Shown here piece after piece: positions 7,945 through 16,963 of a stretch of 39,507 nt of DNA. Positions within the stretch are counted from its first letter, which is position 1. Every line of letters starts with the position of its first letter. Under the pieces are notes generated by a model that did no database searches, had not been told where the DNA came from, and saw only the letters and a program-made list of their open reading frames with translations. The position numbers and the translations under genes are program-made. Source of the stretch: a virus (taxonomy: Duplodnaviria; Caudoviricetes); IMG/VR virus record IMGVR_UViG_3300037851_001353, positions 1-39,507 of that record. One strand, written 5' to 3'.

Positions 7945-8120
7945 CAGAAAAAGAATTAAAACAAAGATTAGAAGATTTAAAATATGCTATTATTGCTACG
8001 GAAACTGTTTTGAGATATTGTTCTACACCTGCTTATATAGAAATGCATTCTAAGGCTATTGAATATTATAGAGAAGAAATTCGTAAAATAGAGGAGGTAT
8101 TAAATGGAAAGGAAAGTTGA
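7941..8120 (+). CDS. Hypothetical protein (59 aa)
   Basis: Hand translation MTEKELKQRLEDLKYAII...; ATGA overlap, GAGG SD. Confidence 0.6.
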   Translation: MTEKELKQRLEDLKYAIIATETVLRYCSTPAYIEMHSKAIEYYREEIRKIEEVLNGKES

Positions 8121-8502
8121 GCCTGCTTGTGGTGGATCTGGGTATATTACTACCGTGGAAGATGAGAAAGGCACTACAGAATTTTTTACATTAAAGCCTT
8201 TTGCAAATATTGCTACGAAACATGATCAGGGAAAACCTAGAACTGATTTATTGCCACCAGACGAGTTGTTAGAAATAGCTTCTGTTTTTGGATTCGGGGC
8301 TAAAAAATATAGTGATAAAAACTATTTAGGTTTAGATCCTAAGAGGATTTATGCTTCTTGTTTAAGACATTTACTTGCACATTATAGTGGTATAGAACAA
8401 GATGAGGAGTCTGGATATAGCCATTTAGCTCATGCTGCTTGTTGTGTATTAATGCTTATGGAAATTAGAAATAATAAAAAGTATCATAATAATACAATAT
8501 AG
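8104..8502 (+). CDS. dATP/dGTP diphosphohydrolase domain protein (DUF5664)
   Basis: KHDQGKPRTDLLPP, FGAKKY, LRHL and DEESGYSHLAHAACC. Confidence 0.85.
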   Translation: MERKVEPACGGSGYITTVEDEKGTTEFFTLKPFANIATKHDQGKPRTDLLPPDELLEIASVFGFGAKKYSDKNYLGLDPKRIYASCLRHLLAHYSGIEQDEESGYSHLAHAACCVLMLMEIRNNKKYHNNTI

Positions 8503-8510
8503 GAGTTTTT

Positions 8511-8828
8511 ATGTTAGGTGATGAAAAATTAGAATCTTTAATTATTAGTATTGAACAACATTTTAGCGCTAGATATGGAATGAAATTTGAGTTACACGAA
8601 GTTAGGAATATACTATTTCCTTTAGTGCAACATGCTTTACAAAAAGAGATGCTAAATACTGTTGGCGAATCAAATGTAATTGATTTAATGGGTTATATTG
8701 AGAAAAAGTTATACAGTGGTTTGCCTCAAGAAATACAACCAGTTAAAGATATTCCTGCAGAGGTAATTCCTATAAAAAAAGAACAGATAAAAAAGCCTTT
8801 ACAAAAAGGTAAGAAAAGGATAGATTAG
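8511..8828 (+). CDS. Hypothetical protein
   Basis: AGGAG SD, in operon. Confidence 0.7.
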   Translation: MLGDEKLESLIISIEQHFSARYGMKFELHEVRNILFPLVQHALQKEMLNTVGESNVIDLMGYIEKKLYSGLPQEIQPVKDIPAEVIPIKKEQIKKPLQKGKKRID

Positions 8829-8916
8829 AACCTAATAGTAAAAATACAAGGGAGCAAGAATGAAGTTAAAGAAACAGTCATTAAAAAGTACTACTAACAA
8901 TGGTAAAGGAGAGGGT

Positions 8917-9288
8917 ATGTCTGAACAAAAAGAATGGATTGTTGTACCGGAAGGTCGTTATTTAGCAAAAATTAGATCTGTGAGTGAAAAAACATCTGAG
9001 ACTACCGGATCTAAGTTTTTAAAGGTTATGTTTGAAATTACTAAAGGTGAATATAAGGAAAAAAGTGTAAGTGAAACATTATTACTTGAGCATTCAAATG
9101 AAAAAGCCTTAGAAGTAGCTAAAGATAAGGCTGGAAAATTAGGGCGCGCTTTAGGAATTAAAATTAATGAAGTAGAAGATTTATTATCTCCGGAATTTAT
9201 TGATCAAGAACTTATTATTAATACAGTAAATAGAGAATATGAAGGAAAAGTGTTTTCGAACGTAAGAAAATACGAGGAAGGAATCTAG
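8917..9288 (+). CDS. DUF669-like single-stranded DNA-binding protein
   Basis: VPEGRYLAKI...LKVMFEITKGEYKEKSV pattern; GGAG SD supports start 8917 (track start 8860). Confidence 0.75.
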   Translation: MSEQKEWIVVPEGRYLAKIRSVSEKTSETTGSKFLKVMFEITKGEYKEKSVSETLLLEHSNEKALEVAKDKAGKLGRALGIKINEVEDLLSPEFIDQELIINTVNREYEGKVFSNVRKYEEGI

Positions 9289-9319
9289 CCTCGTATCCCG
9301 CCGCTCCCAACCCGTCACC

Positions 9320-9365
9320 AAGGCAATTAGTAGTTTCTCCCAACTCTAATTGCCTTTCTTTTTTT
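9320..9365 (+). terminator. Intrinsic terminator/attenuator between SSB and DNA polymerase
   Basis: AAGGCAATTAG...CTAATTGCCTT stem followed by a T tract. Confidence 0.7.
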
Positions 9366-9377
9366 GGAGGAGTTATT

Positions 9378-11084
9378 ATGTATTGGAAGGGTGAATATTT
9401 AGGTTCTTTTTTTGCTTTAGATACGGAAACTGAATTAATACATAGTCCAGGATACATTCCTAGAATTGTATTAACTGTAGTGTCTAATGGTAAGGAGCAG
9501 TATATAATAAAAAATGAGAATATGTTTGTATTTCTTAATATGCATAAAGAATCTACTATAATTATGCATCATGCTCCGTTTGATATTGAGGTATTAAAGC
9601 AAGCCTTTAAATTTGATTTTTCAAAAGCTATAGAAGAGGATAGAATACTTGATACTAGAATATTATATTTACTTATAAATCTTGCAAAAACAGGATCTGT
9701 ACCTAGAAAGTCAAGTCTTGCGGTTTTAGCCGCGGAGTATTTAGATATACATTTAGATAAAGATGCTTCTATTAGAGAAGGTTTCGGTCAGTTTTTAACG
9801 GATGATAATTATGTTATGTATGATTCTATACCAGATGAGTTTTTAAGGTATGCGCTTAATGATGTTCAGGCTACTTGGCATTTATATGAAATATTAATTA
9901 AAGAAGTTAAGGATATATCCTTTAAGTATAAGGTGGATATAGATTGTCTATTATCACATAAAATACAGTTAATGGGATCTCTTGCTTTATATTCTATTGA
10001 AAGAAATGGTATTGGATTTGATCAGAAAGGTAGATTAGAAAAATTAGAGGTGCTAGAAAAAGAAATTGAAGAACCTAAACGAGTTTTATTAGAACATGGT
10101 TTTGAAAGAGGTAAAAAAGGTATTAAAGCAGTATATGAACAGATTATAAATTCATTAGGTATACAATTGCCTAAGACTGAAACAGGAAAGATAAGTAGTG
10201 CAGCAGAAGATTTGAAGCCCTATAGTCATATTCCATTTATAAAAGCATATATGGATTTTCATGATATTGAGAAGACTATGTCTTTTATTAAAGAAATTGA
10301 GGTTGATAGATTACACCCTAGATATAATAATTTAATGGAAACTGGTAGAACATCTAGTTTTGGACCTAATATTCAACAATTACCTCGGGCTGGTGGTATT
10401 AGAGAATTATTTGTTCCTAGAGAAGGTCATGTATTTATTGATATAGATTATACTGCACTTGAGCTGTGTACACTTGCTCAAACTAATATAGATTTATTTG
10501 GTTTTTCTAGAATGGCTGAGTTAATAAATGAGGGAAGGGATTTGCATAAATATGCAGCTTCTCAAATATATGGGGTTTCTGAAGAGGAAGTAGATAAGCA
10601 ACAAAGACATCTTGCAAAAATACTGAATTTTGGTTTGGGCGCTAACATGTCTCCTGCAACTTTTGTTGATTATGCTAGACCTTTTGGTATTAATCTAAGT
10701 TTAAAAGAATCTACGACATTAAAGAATAAATGGGCAAATATTTTTCCAGAAATGCGTAGGTTTTGGAATGTAGATAATCATACAGTAAATATACTTTCAT
10801 CTGGACGAATTCGTAGTAGATGTAGATATACAAATTATCTAAATACGTATTTTCAAGGACTTGCGGCAGATGGAGCAAAAATAGCTTTGTATTCTTTATA
10901 TAAAGAAGGGTATAAAATCGCTGCTTTTATTCACGATCAAGTATTAATAGAAGTAGAAAGTGGCGGAAATGTGGCGGAAAAAATGCTTAAAATTCAAAAT
11001 ATAATGGAAAAATCAATGCAAATATTAACTCCTGATGTTAAGATTAGAACTGAAGGACAGATTACATTGACATTTACAAAGTAA
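9378..11084 (+). CDS. polA: Family A DNA polymerase with 3'-5' exonuclease domain
   Basis: Exo motifs DTET, HAPFD and YALND; TGRTSS..PNIQQ; motif A DYTALE; motif B KILNFG; motif C HDQ. Confidence 0.93.
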   Translation: MYWKGEYLGSFFALDTETELIHSPGYIPRIVLTVVSNGKEQYIIKNENMFVFLNMHKESTIIMHHAPFDIEVLKQAFKFDFSKAIEEDRILDTRILYLLINLAKTGSVPRKSSLAVLAAEYLDIHLDKDASIREGFGQFLTDDNYVMYDSIPDEFLRYALNDVQATWHLYEILIKEVKDISFKYKVDIDCLLSHKIQLMGSLALYSIERNGIGFDQKGRLEKLEVLEKEIEEPKRVLLEHGFERGKKGIKAVYEQIINSLGIQLPKTETGKISSAAEDLKPYSHIPFIKAYMDFHDIEKTMSFIKEIEVDRLHPRYNNLMETGRTSSFGPNIQQLPRAGGIRELFVPREGHVFIDIDYTALELCTLAQTNIDLFGFSRMAELINEGRDLHKYAASQIYGVSEEEVDKQQRHLAKILNFGLGANMSPATFVDYARPFGINLSLKESTTLKNKWANIFPEMRRFWNVDNHTVNILSSGRIRSRCRYTNYLNTYFQGLAADGAKIALYSLYKEGYKIAAFIHDQVLIEVESGGNVAEKMLKIQNIMEKSMQILTPDVKIRTEGQITLTFTK

Positions 11085-11093
11085 GGGGGTTTT

Positions 11094-11684
11094 ATGGATA
11101 TATTTCCTTGGTATATGAATAAAGATTTTCATGTTGATCCTTATGGGGAAAACGGGATTTTGTTTTTAGCGGAATTAGTGGTTTTAATGGATATAAAGTA
11201 TAATTCTTTACCTATTAGTAAACCAGATTTAGAACACGCTATATCAGTGGCAATAAGGGATAATAGACCTTTTTCACATGATAATGCTACGGCTGTTTAT
11301 GCTTTACAGGATTTTTATGGTATTAAAAAGGATTTTTTCTTGGCTGATTGGTGGCGAAGATTGCATCCGAGGGATGTTTTCTTTAATTTGGCAGTATGTT
11401 ATAAGCCTTTGTGGTATTTATTTTTACCTATTAATTCTTTGTTTATTTTATTGACTGTTTTTAGAGATCATTGGAAAAATATTGATGGAGATCAGGTACT
11501 TGCAACGGATGGAAAGTTATTAGCGTTTGTAAAATTAAATACTTATAATATTCCATTTACAAAAAAGTTATGTGATGATAGAATAATTAAAAGATTCGGC
11601 GGATGGCATAAGTTGTTTGAATTATATTTTAGATATAATCAAGAGCATCCGTGTATTCGCCTATCAAAGGAGTTGTATGGATAA
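11094..11684 (+). CDS. Hypothetical protein
   Basis: 196-aa ORF with SD, in operon. Confidence 0.75.
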   Translation: MDIFPWYMNKDFHVDPYGENGILFLAELVVLMDIKYNSLPISKPDLEHAISVAIRDNRPFSHDNATAVYALQDFYGIKKDFFLADWWRRLHPRDVFFNLAVCYKPLWYLFLPINSLFILLTVFRDHWKNIDGDQVLATDGKLLAFVKLNTYNIPFTKKLCDDRIIKRFGGWHKLFELYFRYNQEHPCIRLSKELYG

Positions 11685-11859
11685 TTCATTTAGATCTTTT
11701 TTACGAGATGTGATGAAGAGTTTTGCATATATTTCGTGTATAATATTAATTATATTGAGTAATGCTATATTACTTGCCCATGTTACAGAAGCTGTTTTGA
11801 TTCATTTTGATAAGGGTATAGAAAATAGTTTATCTAAACGAGGATTATTATATGAATAA
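11677..11859 (+). CDS. Small membrane protein
   Basis: AAGGAG SD before ATG 11677; one hydrophobic segment. Confidence 0.6.
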   Translation: MDNSFRSFLRDVMKSFAYISCIILIILSNAILLAHVTEAVLIHFDKGIENSLSKRGLLYE

Positions 11860-12070
11860 ATTAATAGAATTTTTGGATAAGTATTTTACAGTTTTTTTAC
11901 TTTGGCTCTTAAATAAAAAAGATGCTCAGATTGCAAAATTAGAGGCGGAAGCTAATATTGTTGAATTAAAACATGAAAAAGAAGAAGGGGAGAAAGAATA
12001 TGAAGATCTTAAAGAGGACTATAATGATCGTTTGGCTAAGTTTAGGTCTAGGGTGGACTCAGACAAGTGA
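11852..12070 (+). CDS. Membrane-anchored coiled-coil protein
   Basis: Short N-terminal hydrophobic stretch then charged helix; GAGG SD. Confidence 0.65.
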   Translation: MNKLIEFLDKYFTVFLLWLLNKKDAQIAKLEAEANIVELKHEKEEGEKEYEDLKEDYNDRLAKFRSRVDSDK

Positions 12071-12284
12071 TGAAACTTTAAAAGAATGTTTGGAGGTAGT
12101 AGATGCAGGGGAAAAAGTCATTAAAAAGTGTGAGGAAAATAAAGCTATCGCAGAACAGCAAGTTGAGCAGCAAACTAAAGCCCTTGAAGCCTCAAAAAAA
12201 GAGACGGCTAGTGCAAAGATAGAAAGGAATTTTTCTTTTGGTGCCTTTTTATTATTACTTTTAAAATTGGTGATATTTATATGA
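12000..12284 (+). CDS. Signal-peptide coiled-coil protein with C-terminal hydrophobic tail
   Basis: MKILKRTIMIVWLSLGLG signal, Q/E/K-rich helix, FGAFLLLLLKLVIFI tail; GGGGAG SD; overlaps previous gene. Confidence 0.65.
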   Translation: MKILKRTIMIVWLSLGLGWTQTSDETLKECLEVVDAGEKVIKKCEENKAIAEQQVEQQTKALEASKKETASAKIERNFSFGAFLLLLLKLVIFI

Positions 12285-12496
12285 GCAAAAAGACTTTTTA
12301 TACGGATCCTTCACAATGGAAAAAGGCTATTTTAATAAATTTAAGTGATAAACCTGTAGAATTGATTTATTATGATATTTCTAGAGAAGCTCAGTCTGTT
12401 ATTTATGTAGATAATATGGAGGAGGCTTTAGAATTTATGCAAAAAGTACAGGATGAGATAGACATGGATGATGCTGATCATATGGGTGAGCAATAA
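12281..12496 (+). CDS. Hypothetical protein
   Basis: ATGA-coupled ORF. Confidence 0.65.
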   Translation: MSKKTFYTDPSQWKKAILINLSDKPVELIYYDISREAQSVIYVDNMEEALEFMQKVQDEIDMDDADHMGEQ

Positions 12497-12497
12497 T

Positions 12498-12659
12498 ATG
12501 AAGTTTATACTCTTATTAATTTTATTATTATTTACTGGGTGTTCAAGTATAGAAAGACGTAGACATTTATATTGTGTTGATAGATTTTTACATAAAGGTA
12601 TGGATGGCGAAACCGCTAGAAAGACTTGTTTGGACATCTATCAAAATCCGTATTATTAG
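12498..12659 (+). CDS. Small lipoprotein
   Basis: MKFILLLILLLFTGC lipobox. Confidence 0.7.
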   Translation: MKFILLLILLLFTGCSSIERRRHLYCVDRFLHKGMDGETARKTCLDIYQNPYY

Positions 12660-12667
12660 GGGTTTAT

Positions 12668-12883
12668 ATGCAAAATAAACGTAGACCGCTCGGAGAAATT
12701 CTTCTAGAATTAGAGTTTATATATGATGAGATGGTGGATGATCACGAGTTGCAAATGGGTGATATACTTGCTTTAACTCATATGTATTTACAGGTTCACC
12801 GACCTGATTGTATAGAGAAATATACTGATGGAGGTATACCTATATTTTATTACGGTTCTGAAGAAGAGTTTAATGAGGAGTAA
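12668..12883 (+). CDS. Hypothetical protein
   Basis: AGGGG SD before MQNKRRPLGEILLELE. Confidence 0.65.
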   Translation: MQNKRRPLGEILLELEFIYDEMVDDHELQMGDILALTHMYLQVHRPDCIEKYTDGGIPIFYYGSEEEFNEE

Positions 12884-12885
12884 AT

Positions 12886-13050
12886 ATGGCAAAATATACA
12901 TTTATATGTGAAGAAGATTGTGGTAAAACAGTAAAAATGGAATTTAATGAAATTTCTTTACCGGAAGTATTACAAGAATTTGAGTTTTTTCTTTTGGCTT
13001 CTGGTTATGTCTTGAAGGGATCGGTTATAATATCAGAGGATGAAGAATGA
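12886..13050 (+). CDS. Hypothetical acidic protein (54 aa)
   Basis: Hand translation MAKYTFICEEDCGKTVKMEFNEISLPEVLQEFEFFLLASGY...; GAGGAG SD. Confidence 0.65.
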   Translation: MAKYTFICEEDCGKTVKMEFNEISLPEVLQEFEFFLLASGYVLKGSVIISEDEE

Positions 13051-13217
13051 TTAGTATAGAAATATTGCGGGTTGTTGCGTTATTATGTCAGGTAAATGTT
13101 GGTAGTATGAATGTGACTGTGGATAAGGTTAGGGAGGAACAAATACGTTGTCATAAGTATTATGCAGCTTGTTTAGAATCTAAGAAAGAGTTATTATTAT
13201 GTATAAAGGATAGATAA
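13047..13217 (+). CDS. Hypothetical Cys-containing protein (56 aa)
   Basis: Hand translation; ATGA and TAATG overlaps at the two ends. Confidence 0.6.
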   Translation: MISIEILRVVALLCQVNVGSMNVTVDKVREEQIRCHKYYAACLESKKELLLCIKDR

Positions 13218-13768
13218 TGATTATAAAAATTAATGATAATTGGAAAAATAAGTGTTTAGCTTTTGCAGCTGCTTGCATGGAGAGTAATAAGCACTGGTAT
13301 GCTAAGCGAAATCAAACGAATCTAGATAAGATTGTAGAGGATATTTATGTGGGCAAAATGGGTGAAGTAGCGACCTATTTATATTTTAAATCCCTTGATT
13401 TACCTTGCAGTAAACCTGATTTTGAGATTTATGAGGCTAGAAATAAGTCTTATGACGCAGATTTAAAACAGGGAGAGAAGTACGTGCATGTAAAAAGCCA
13501 ATCCCTGGCTTCTAGTAGAAGGTACGGTGTTTCGTGGATTTTGCAGTGTAGGAAGGGGGATGCGGACAAATTATTTAAGAATTGTACAGATATGGACTAT
13601 ATTAGTCTATGTGTGGAAGTTGATGGCGGGGTCGACCTTCTTGGCATCATGCCTATTCAAGAACTATTTAAAAGAGATTTATTTAAAGAGCCTAAATTAC
13701 AATACTTTAAAGGTATTAAAAAGGCTCTTTATTGGGAAGATATTAAAGAAATTATTGAATCTGTTTAG
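13217..13768 (+). CDS. Putative PD-(D/E)XK-like nuclease-fold protein
   Basis: GKMGE...DADL...VHVKSQ pattern resembles restriction-like nucleases; function tentative. Confidence 0.5.
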   Translation: MIIKINDNWKNKCLAFAAACMESNKHWYAKRNQTNLDKIVEDIYVGKMGEVATYLYFKSLDLPCSKPDFEIYEARNKSYDADLKQGEKYVHVKSQSLASSRRYGVSWILQCRKGDADKLFKNCTDMDYISLCVEVDGGVDLLGIMPIQELFKRDLFKEPKLQYFKGIKKALYWEDIKEIIESV

Positions 13769-13919
13769 GTTCTTCTTGCTTCGGCTCTTCTTTTTTTACT
13801 AATTTCTTTAAAACTTGAATTACTAATTGGACGATTCCATTAGATTTTACGGACGGGATTAAAGAAAGGGCTTCTGAAACTGCTAAAAGAGCAGCTAGAA
13901 TAACTGGAAGATGTTCCAT
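13752..13919 (-). CDS. Small holin-like membrane protein (55 aa)
   Basis: Not in track. Hand translation MEHLPVILAALLAVSEALSLIPSVKSNGIVQLVIQVLKKLVKKEEPKQEEPKQIQ; TGATG coupling, AAGGAG SD. Confidence 0.6.
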   Translation of the reverse strand: MEHLPVILAALLAVSEALSLIPSVKSNGIVQLVIQVLKKLVKKEEPKQEEPKQIQ

Positions 13920-14110
13920 CATAATAAACTCCTTATTGTTAGTATTGTTGCAACCAACGCGGCTACAGACATGGAATATAGCAAAAATATTTTAAATTTA
14001 TATATTGGTGTAATCATTTCTTGTAATGCGTCTGTTCTTTTAATATGGTAGTGTAGATCTTTTTTAATTTCGGCAATATTTACTTTTATTTCTTGAATAT
14101 CTTTTTCCAC
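13919..14110 (-). CDS. Coiled-coil plus C-terminal TM protein (XhlA/holin-like)
   Basis: Heptad N-terminus, C-terminal TM, GGAGG SD. Confidence 0.6.
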   Translation of the reverse strand: MEKDIQEIKVNIAEIKKDLHYHIKRTDALQEMITPIYKFKIFLLYSMSVAALVATILTIRSLL

Positions 14111-14196
14111 AAAATCCTCCGTAATTTACGTTTGTATCGGGTATAAAAATACGGTTATTAGGAAATATATACCTTTAAGGGTATAAAAAGTAATAT

Positions 14197-16062
14197 TTAA
14201 TATTGTTCTATTTTTCTACCGTTTTTTCTATTTTGTTTAAGTATTAATTGACGAACTGGGCTTTCTTGTTTAGGTATAGGTATGGTTCCACTTTTTTCAA
14301 GAGCTTCAGTCTGTCTCATTTTTTCTATTGTAGGTATAGATGCTTCTTTAATCTGTTGCTTAACTATGCCTTTTTCTACATCATTTGTAACTTTACCATC
14401 CCATCCTATACCCGGAGTAATAATTTCTTTATATTTAGGTATACGAGATAGATCGCTTAAAAGAGCGCCAACTTTTTCTGATTCTTTATTATTTACTGCA
14501 TCTAAAAATTGAGCCGCTAGGGGGGCATCGTCGTCTTGTAATAGATTAAATATTTGAGATTTTTTTAGTTCTACGTCTTGAAATGTTCTTTGTAGAGGCG
14601 CTTGAGCTAGATCTATTGCAGATTCACTAACCGCTAAGGCTCTTTCAAATGCTTCGGGACTTCTAGAGGCTGCTTGTACTATTCTAGATGCGTATTTTGC
14701 ATACCGTGGTGCATCTTGCTGGGCAGCCGCTACTATTTTTAAAGAAGCGTTTTTAGCGGCGTCCGATATTCCGGAGGCTTGGATTATTTCTTGTGCGGCG
14801 GACCCGAAATTTAGGTTTAAAGCATTTTTTAACGCGTCTCCAAAAGAAGCAATATTGGCGGCTTTCGTAATTTCACCTGATGATTGTTTAGATATTAATT
14901 CATCAAACATAGCCACATTAGAATATTTTTTATTTAGATCTTGAAAAAGATTTTTTAATATTGGGTCTGAAGATGTAAATTCTATACTATCGGCTAGAAA
15001 TTCTTTACCTACATGGAACATATCACTTAATGCTTCATTTTTTATAGTGGCATCTGGATTTTTCCAGTTTATATCTCCTGCGGTATCTCTTACAAAACGA
15101 TGTAGATCTCTTAGAGATAGAGAGGTTTTATTTGACATAAATTCTAGGCGTTTCATTAAGGTTCTAGCGGCTTCTTGTTGGATTTCTGAGCTAGAGGATA
15201 GGTATTTTGATATAATTGGTTCCATTTTTAATTGAAGTTCGGCTGGATTAATATTTGCAGAACCACCGGCAGCCATATCAACATCATGTGTAAGTTCATT
15301 TATCGCATTATTTAATTGTTGTTTTAAGACTTTAGATTTTTCTAGGGTTTCTTCTGCAGATTGTCCTACAGAATATAAAACGCCGTCTTCTACTGGGGTT
15401 TTAGTTAGATCATCCATAAATTTATATGGATCCAAACCTTTTCTTTGTAGTAAAGATATAATTTTATTTTTTGTGTTTTGAGCTTGAGCGCCCATGCCTT
15501 CTAACATATTATTTAATTGTAGTGTTTTCGCTTGTTTTTCTAGAACTGGACCGGCTTTTGCAACAAAATCGCCTAATTTTTGACCGGCTTTCCCTAGGGC
15601 GCCTCCTATAGCTGCACCACTTACTCTATTTGCTCCTTCACTTAAGCCTGCACCAGTTATGGCTCCTGCGGCTATTGGGTTTAGTGGGGCTGTAGCTATA
15701 GCACTACCAATTTCTATCCCTGTAGAAAGAGATGGAAAATCTTGTTCTGTTTTTTTAGCGGCTTGTAATTCTGCATCCTTTGCTTCTTCATATATTTGCT
15801 TTATTTCTGAGAAAGATCCACCACCAGCTAGGTATCCTAGGGAAGCTCCTATGCCTGCTGCCTCATCTCCTAAGCCTAAACCTAGGGCACTTTGACCTAA
15901 TAGACTTCCTATATCTTTCGATGTAGGTTGTTTTTGTTGTATTTCAGCAGTTTGTGGTCCAGCAATTTGTTGCAACTCTTCTTCTGACATAGAACTTATA
16001 TCATCTGAGCCCGCGGCAATTGCTTCTAATTCTGCATCTGACATTTCATGTATTTGTTTCAT
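14197..16062 (-). CDS. Internal virion / DNA ejection protein
   Basis: Large helical Ala/Gly-rich protein at distal end of podovirus-type structural operon. Confidence 0.6.
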   Translation of the reverse strand: MKQIHEMSDAELEAIAAGSDDISSMSEEELQQIAGPQTAEIQQKQPTSKDIGSLLGQSALGLGLGDEAAGIGASLGYLAGGGSFSEIKQIYEEAKDAELQAAKKTEQDFPSLSTGIEIGSAIATAPLNPIAAGAITGAGLSEGANRVSGAAIGGALGKAGQKLGDFVAKAGPVLEKQAKTLQLNNMLEGMGAQAQNTKNKIISLLQRKGLDPYKFMDDLTKTPVEDGVLYSVGQSAEETLEKSKVLKQQLNNAINELTHDVDMAAGGSANINPAELQLKMEPIISKYLSSSSEIQQEAARTLMKRLEFMSNKTSLSLRDLHRFVRDTAGDINWKNPDATIKNEALSDMFHVGKEFLADSIEFTSSDPILKNLFQDLNKKYSNVAMFDELISKQSSGEITKAANIASFGDALKNALNLNFGSAAQEIIQASGISDAAKNASLKIVAAAQQDAPRYAKYASRIVQAASRSPEAFERALAVSESAIDLAQAPLQRTFQDVELKKSQIFNLLQDDDAPLAAQFLDAVNNKESEKVGALLSDLSRIPKYKEIITPGIGWDGKVTNDVEKGIVKQQIKEASIPTIEKMRQTEALEKSGTIPIPKQESPVRQLILKQNRKNGRKIEQY

Positions 16063-16952
16063 TATTTTGCCTTTAATGCTCTTCTTCTTGCAAGCTCAGC
16101 TAAAGCTTCTTCTTTAGTTATTTGTCGTTTTTGCAGTTCTTTTACGTCTATTAATTCTTTAGCTCTTTGTTCACCACCAGAAAGAACTCGACCATATTTT
16201 TTTGCAAAATCTTCTGCTCTAGTATTTACTACTCCGGTCTCAATATTTTTTAATTGTTTAACGGCTTCTAAAATATATTTTTTATTAGATTCAGTTAATT
16301 TACCTGTTGTAGCTTCTTCAAAAGCTTGTTGCATACGATCTGTCCATGCTCTTGAACCTTTAAAAGCATTAACATCTTGATCAGTTAAAACGCCGACTTC
16401 ACCAGATATACGAGCAAGAGCCCTAATTACAAAAGCACCACTTAACGGGCTATTTGTTTTTACCAATTCTTCTACTTTAGTAGCATAATTTAAGGCTTCT
16501 TTACTTTTTTGGTTTGCTTTTTCAAATTTATCTATTACAGCGGTTTCTTTTCTAACTTCTTGTTCTTGTTCTTTAAAAGTTTGACCTTTAGATAATCTTT
16601 CTTCTCTTCCTGCTTCCAAAGATAAACGTTGTTTTTGTAATTCGCGACCTTCTTTTCTTAAAGAAACCTCTTCTTCTCTTAAGTCACGTGATTCTTCTTT
16701 TCCTACTGATTGAAGAGCTTGAAGTGCTAAGTTTCTTCTATTTTGATCTTCTAATCTTTTTTCTTCCGACATTTGTTTAACAGCTTCTTGTCCAACTTTA
16801 GCTCCTGAAGCTATATCTTCTACAGATCCTACACCTGCAATTAGAGGAAGAAATCCAACTAAAGCTGCTTTGAATTTTTCTTCATTGCTTAATTCTCTAG
16901 GTGCTCCTAGTTGTTCTAATTCTTGCATTCTTTCTTGCAGTTTGTTTTTCAT
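16062..16952 (-). CDS. Internal virion / ejection protein
   Basis: Coiled-coil with LARISGEVGVLTDQD motif; position. Confidence 0.55.
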   Translation of the reverse strand: MKNKLQERMQELEQLGAPRELSNEEKFKAALVGFLPLIAGVGSVEDIASGAKVGQEAVKQMSEEKRLEDQNRRNLALQALQSVGKEESRDLREEEVSLRKEGRELQKQRLSLEAGREERLSKGQTFKEQEQEVRKETAVIDKFEKANQKSKEALNYATKVEELVKTNSPLSGAFVIRALARISGEVGVLTDQDVNAFKGSRAWTDRMQQAFEEATTGKLTESNKKYILEAVKQLKNIETGVVNTRAEDFAKKYGRVLSGGEQRAKELIDVKELQKRQITKEEALAELARRRALKAK

Positions 16953-16963
16953 TGTTTATAACC

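Noticed and set aside
8104-11084. 2-aminoadenine (Z-genome) pathway
   Set aside because: No PurZ or DatZ-like gene recognised; DUF5664 alone is insufficient.
1457-13802. Track ORFs 1457..1657(-), 3761..3973(-), 9218..9457(-), 12428..12637(-) and 13527..13802(+)
   Set aside because: They overlap better-supported genes in other frames and have no recognisable features.
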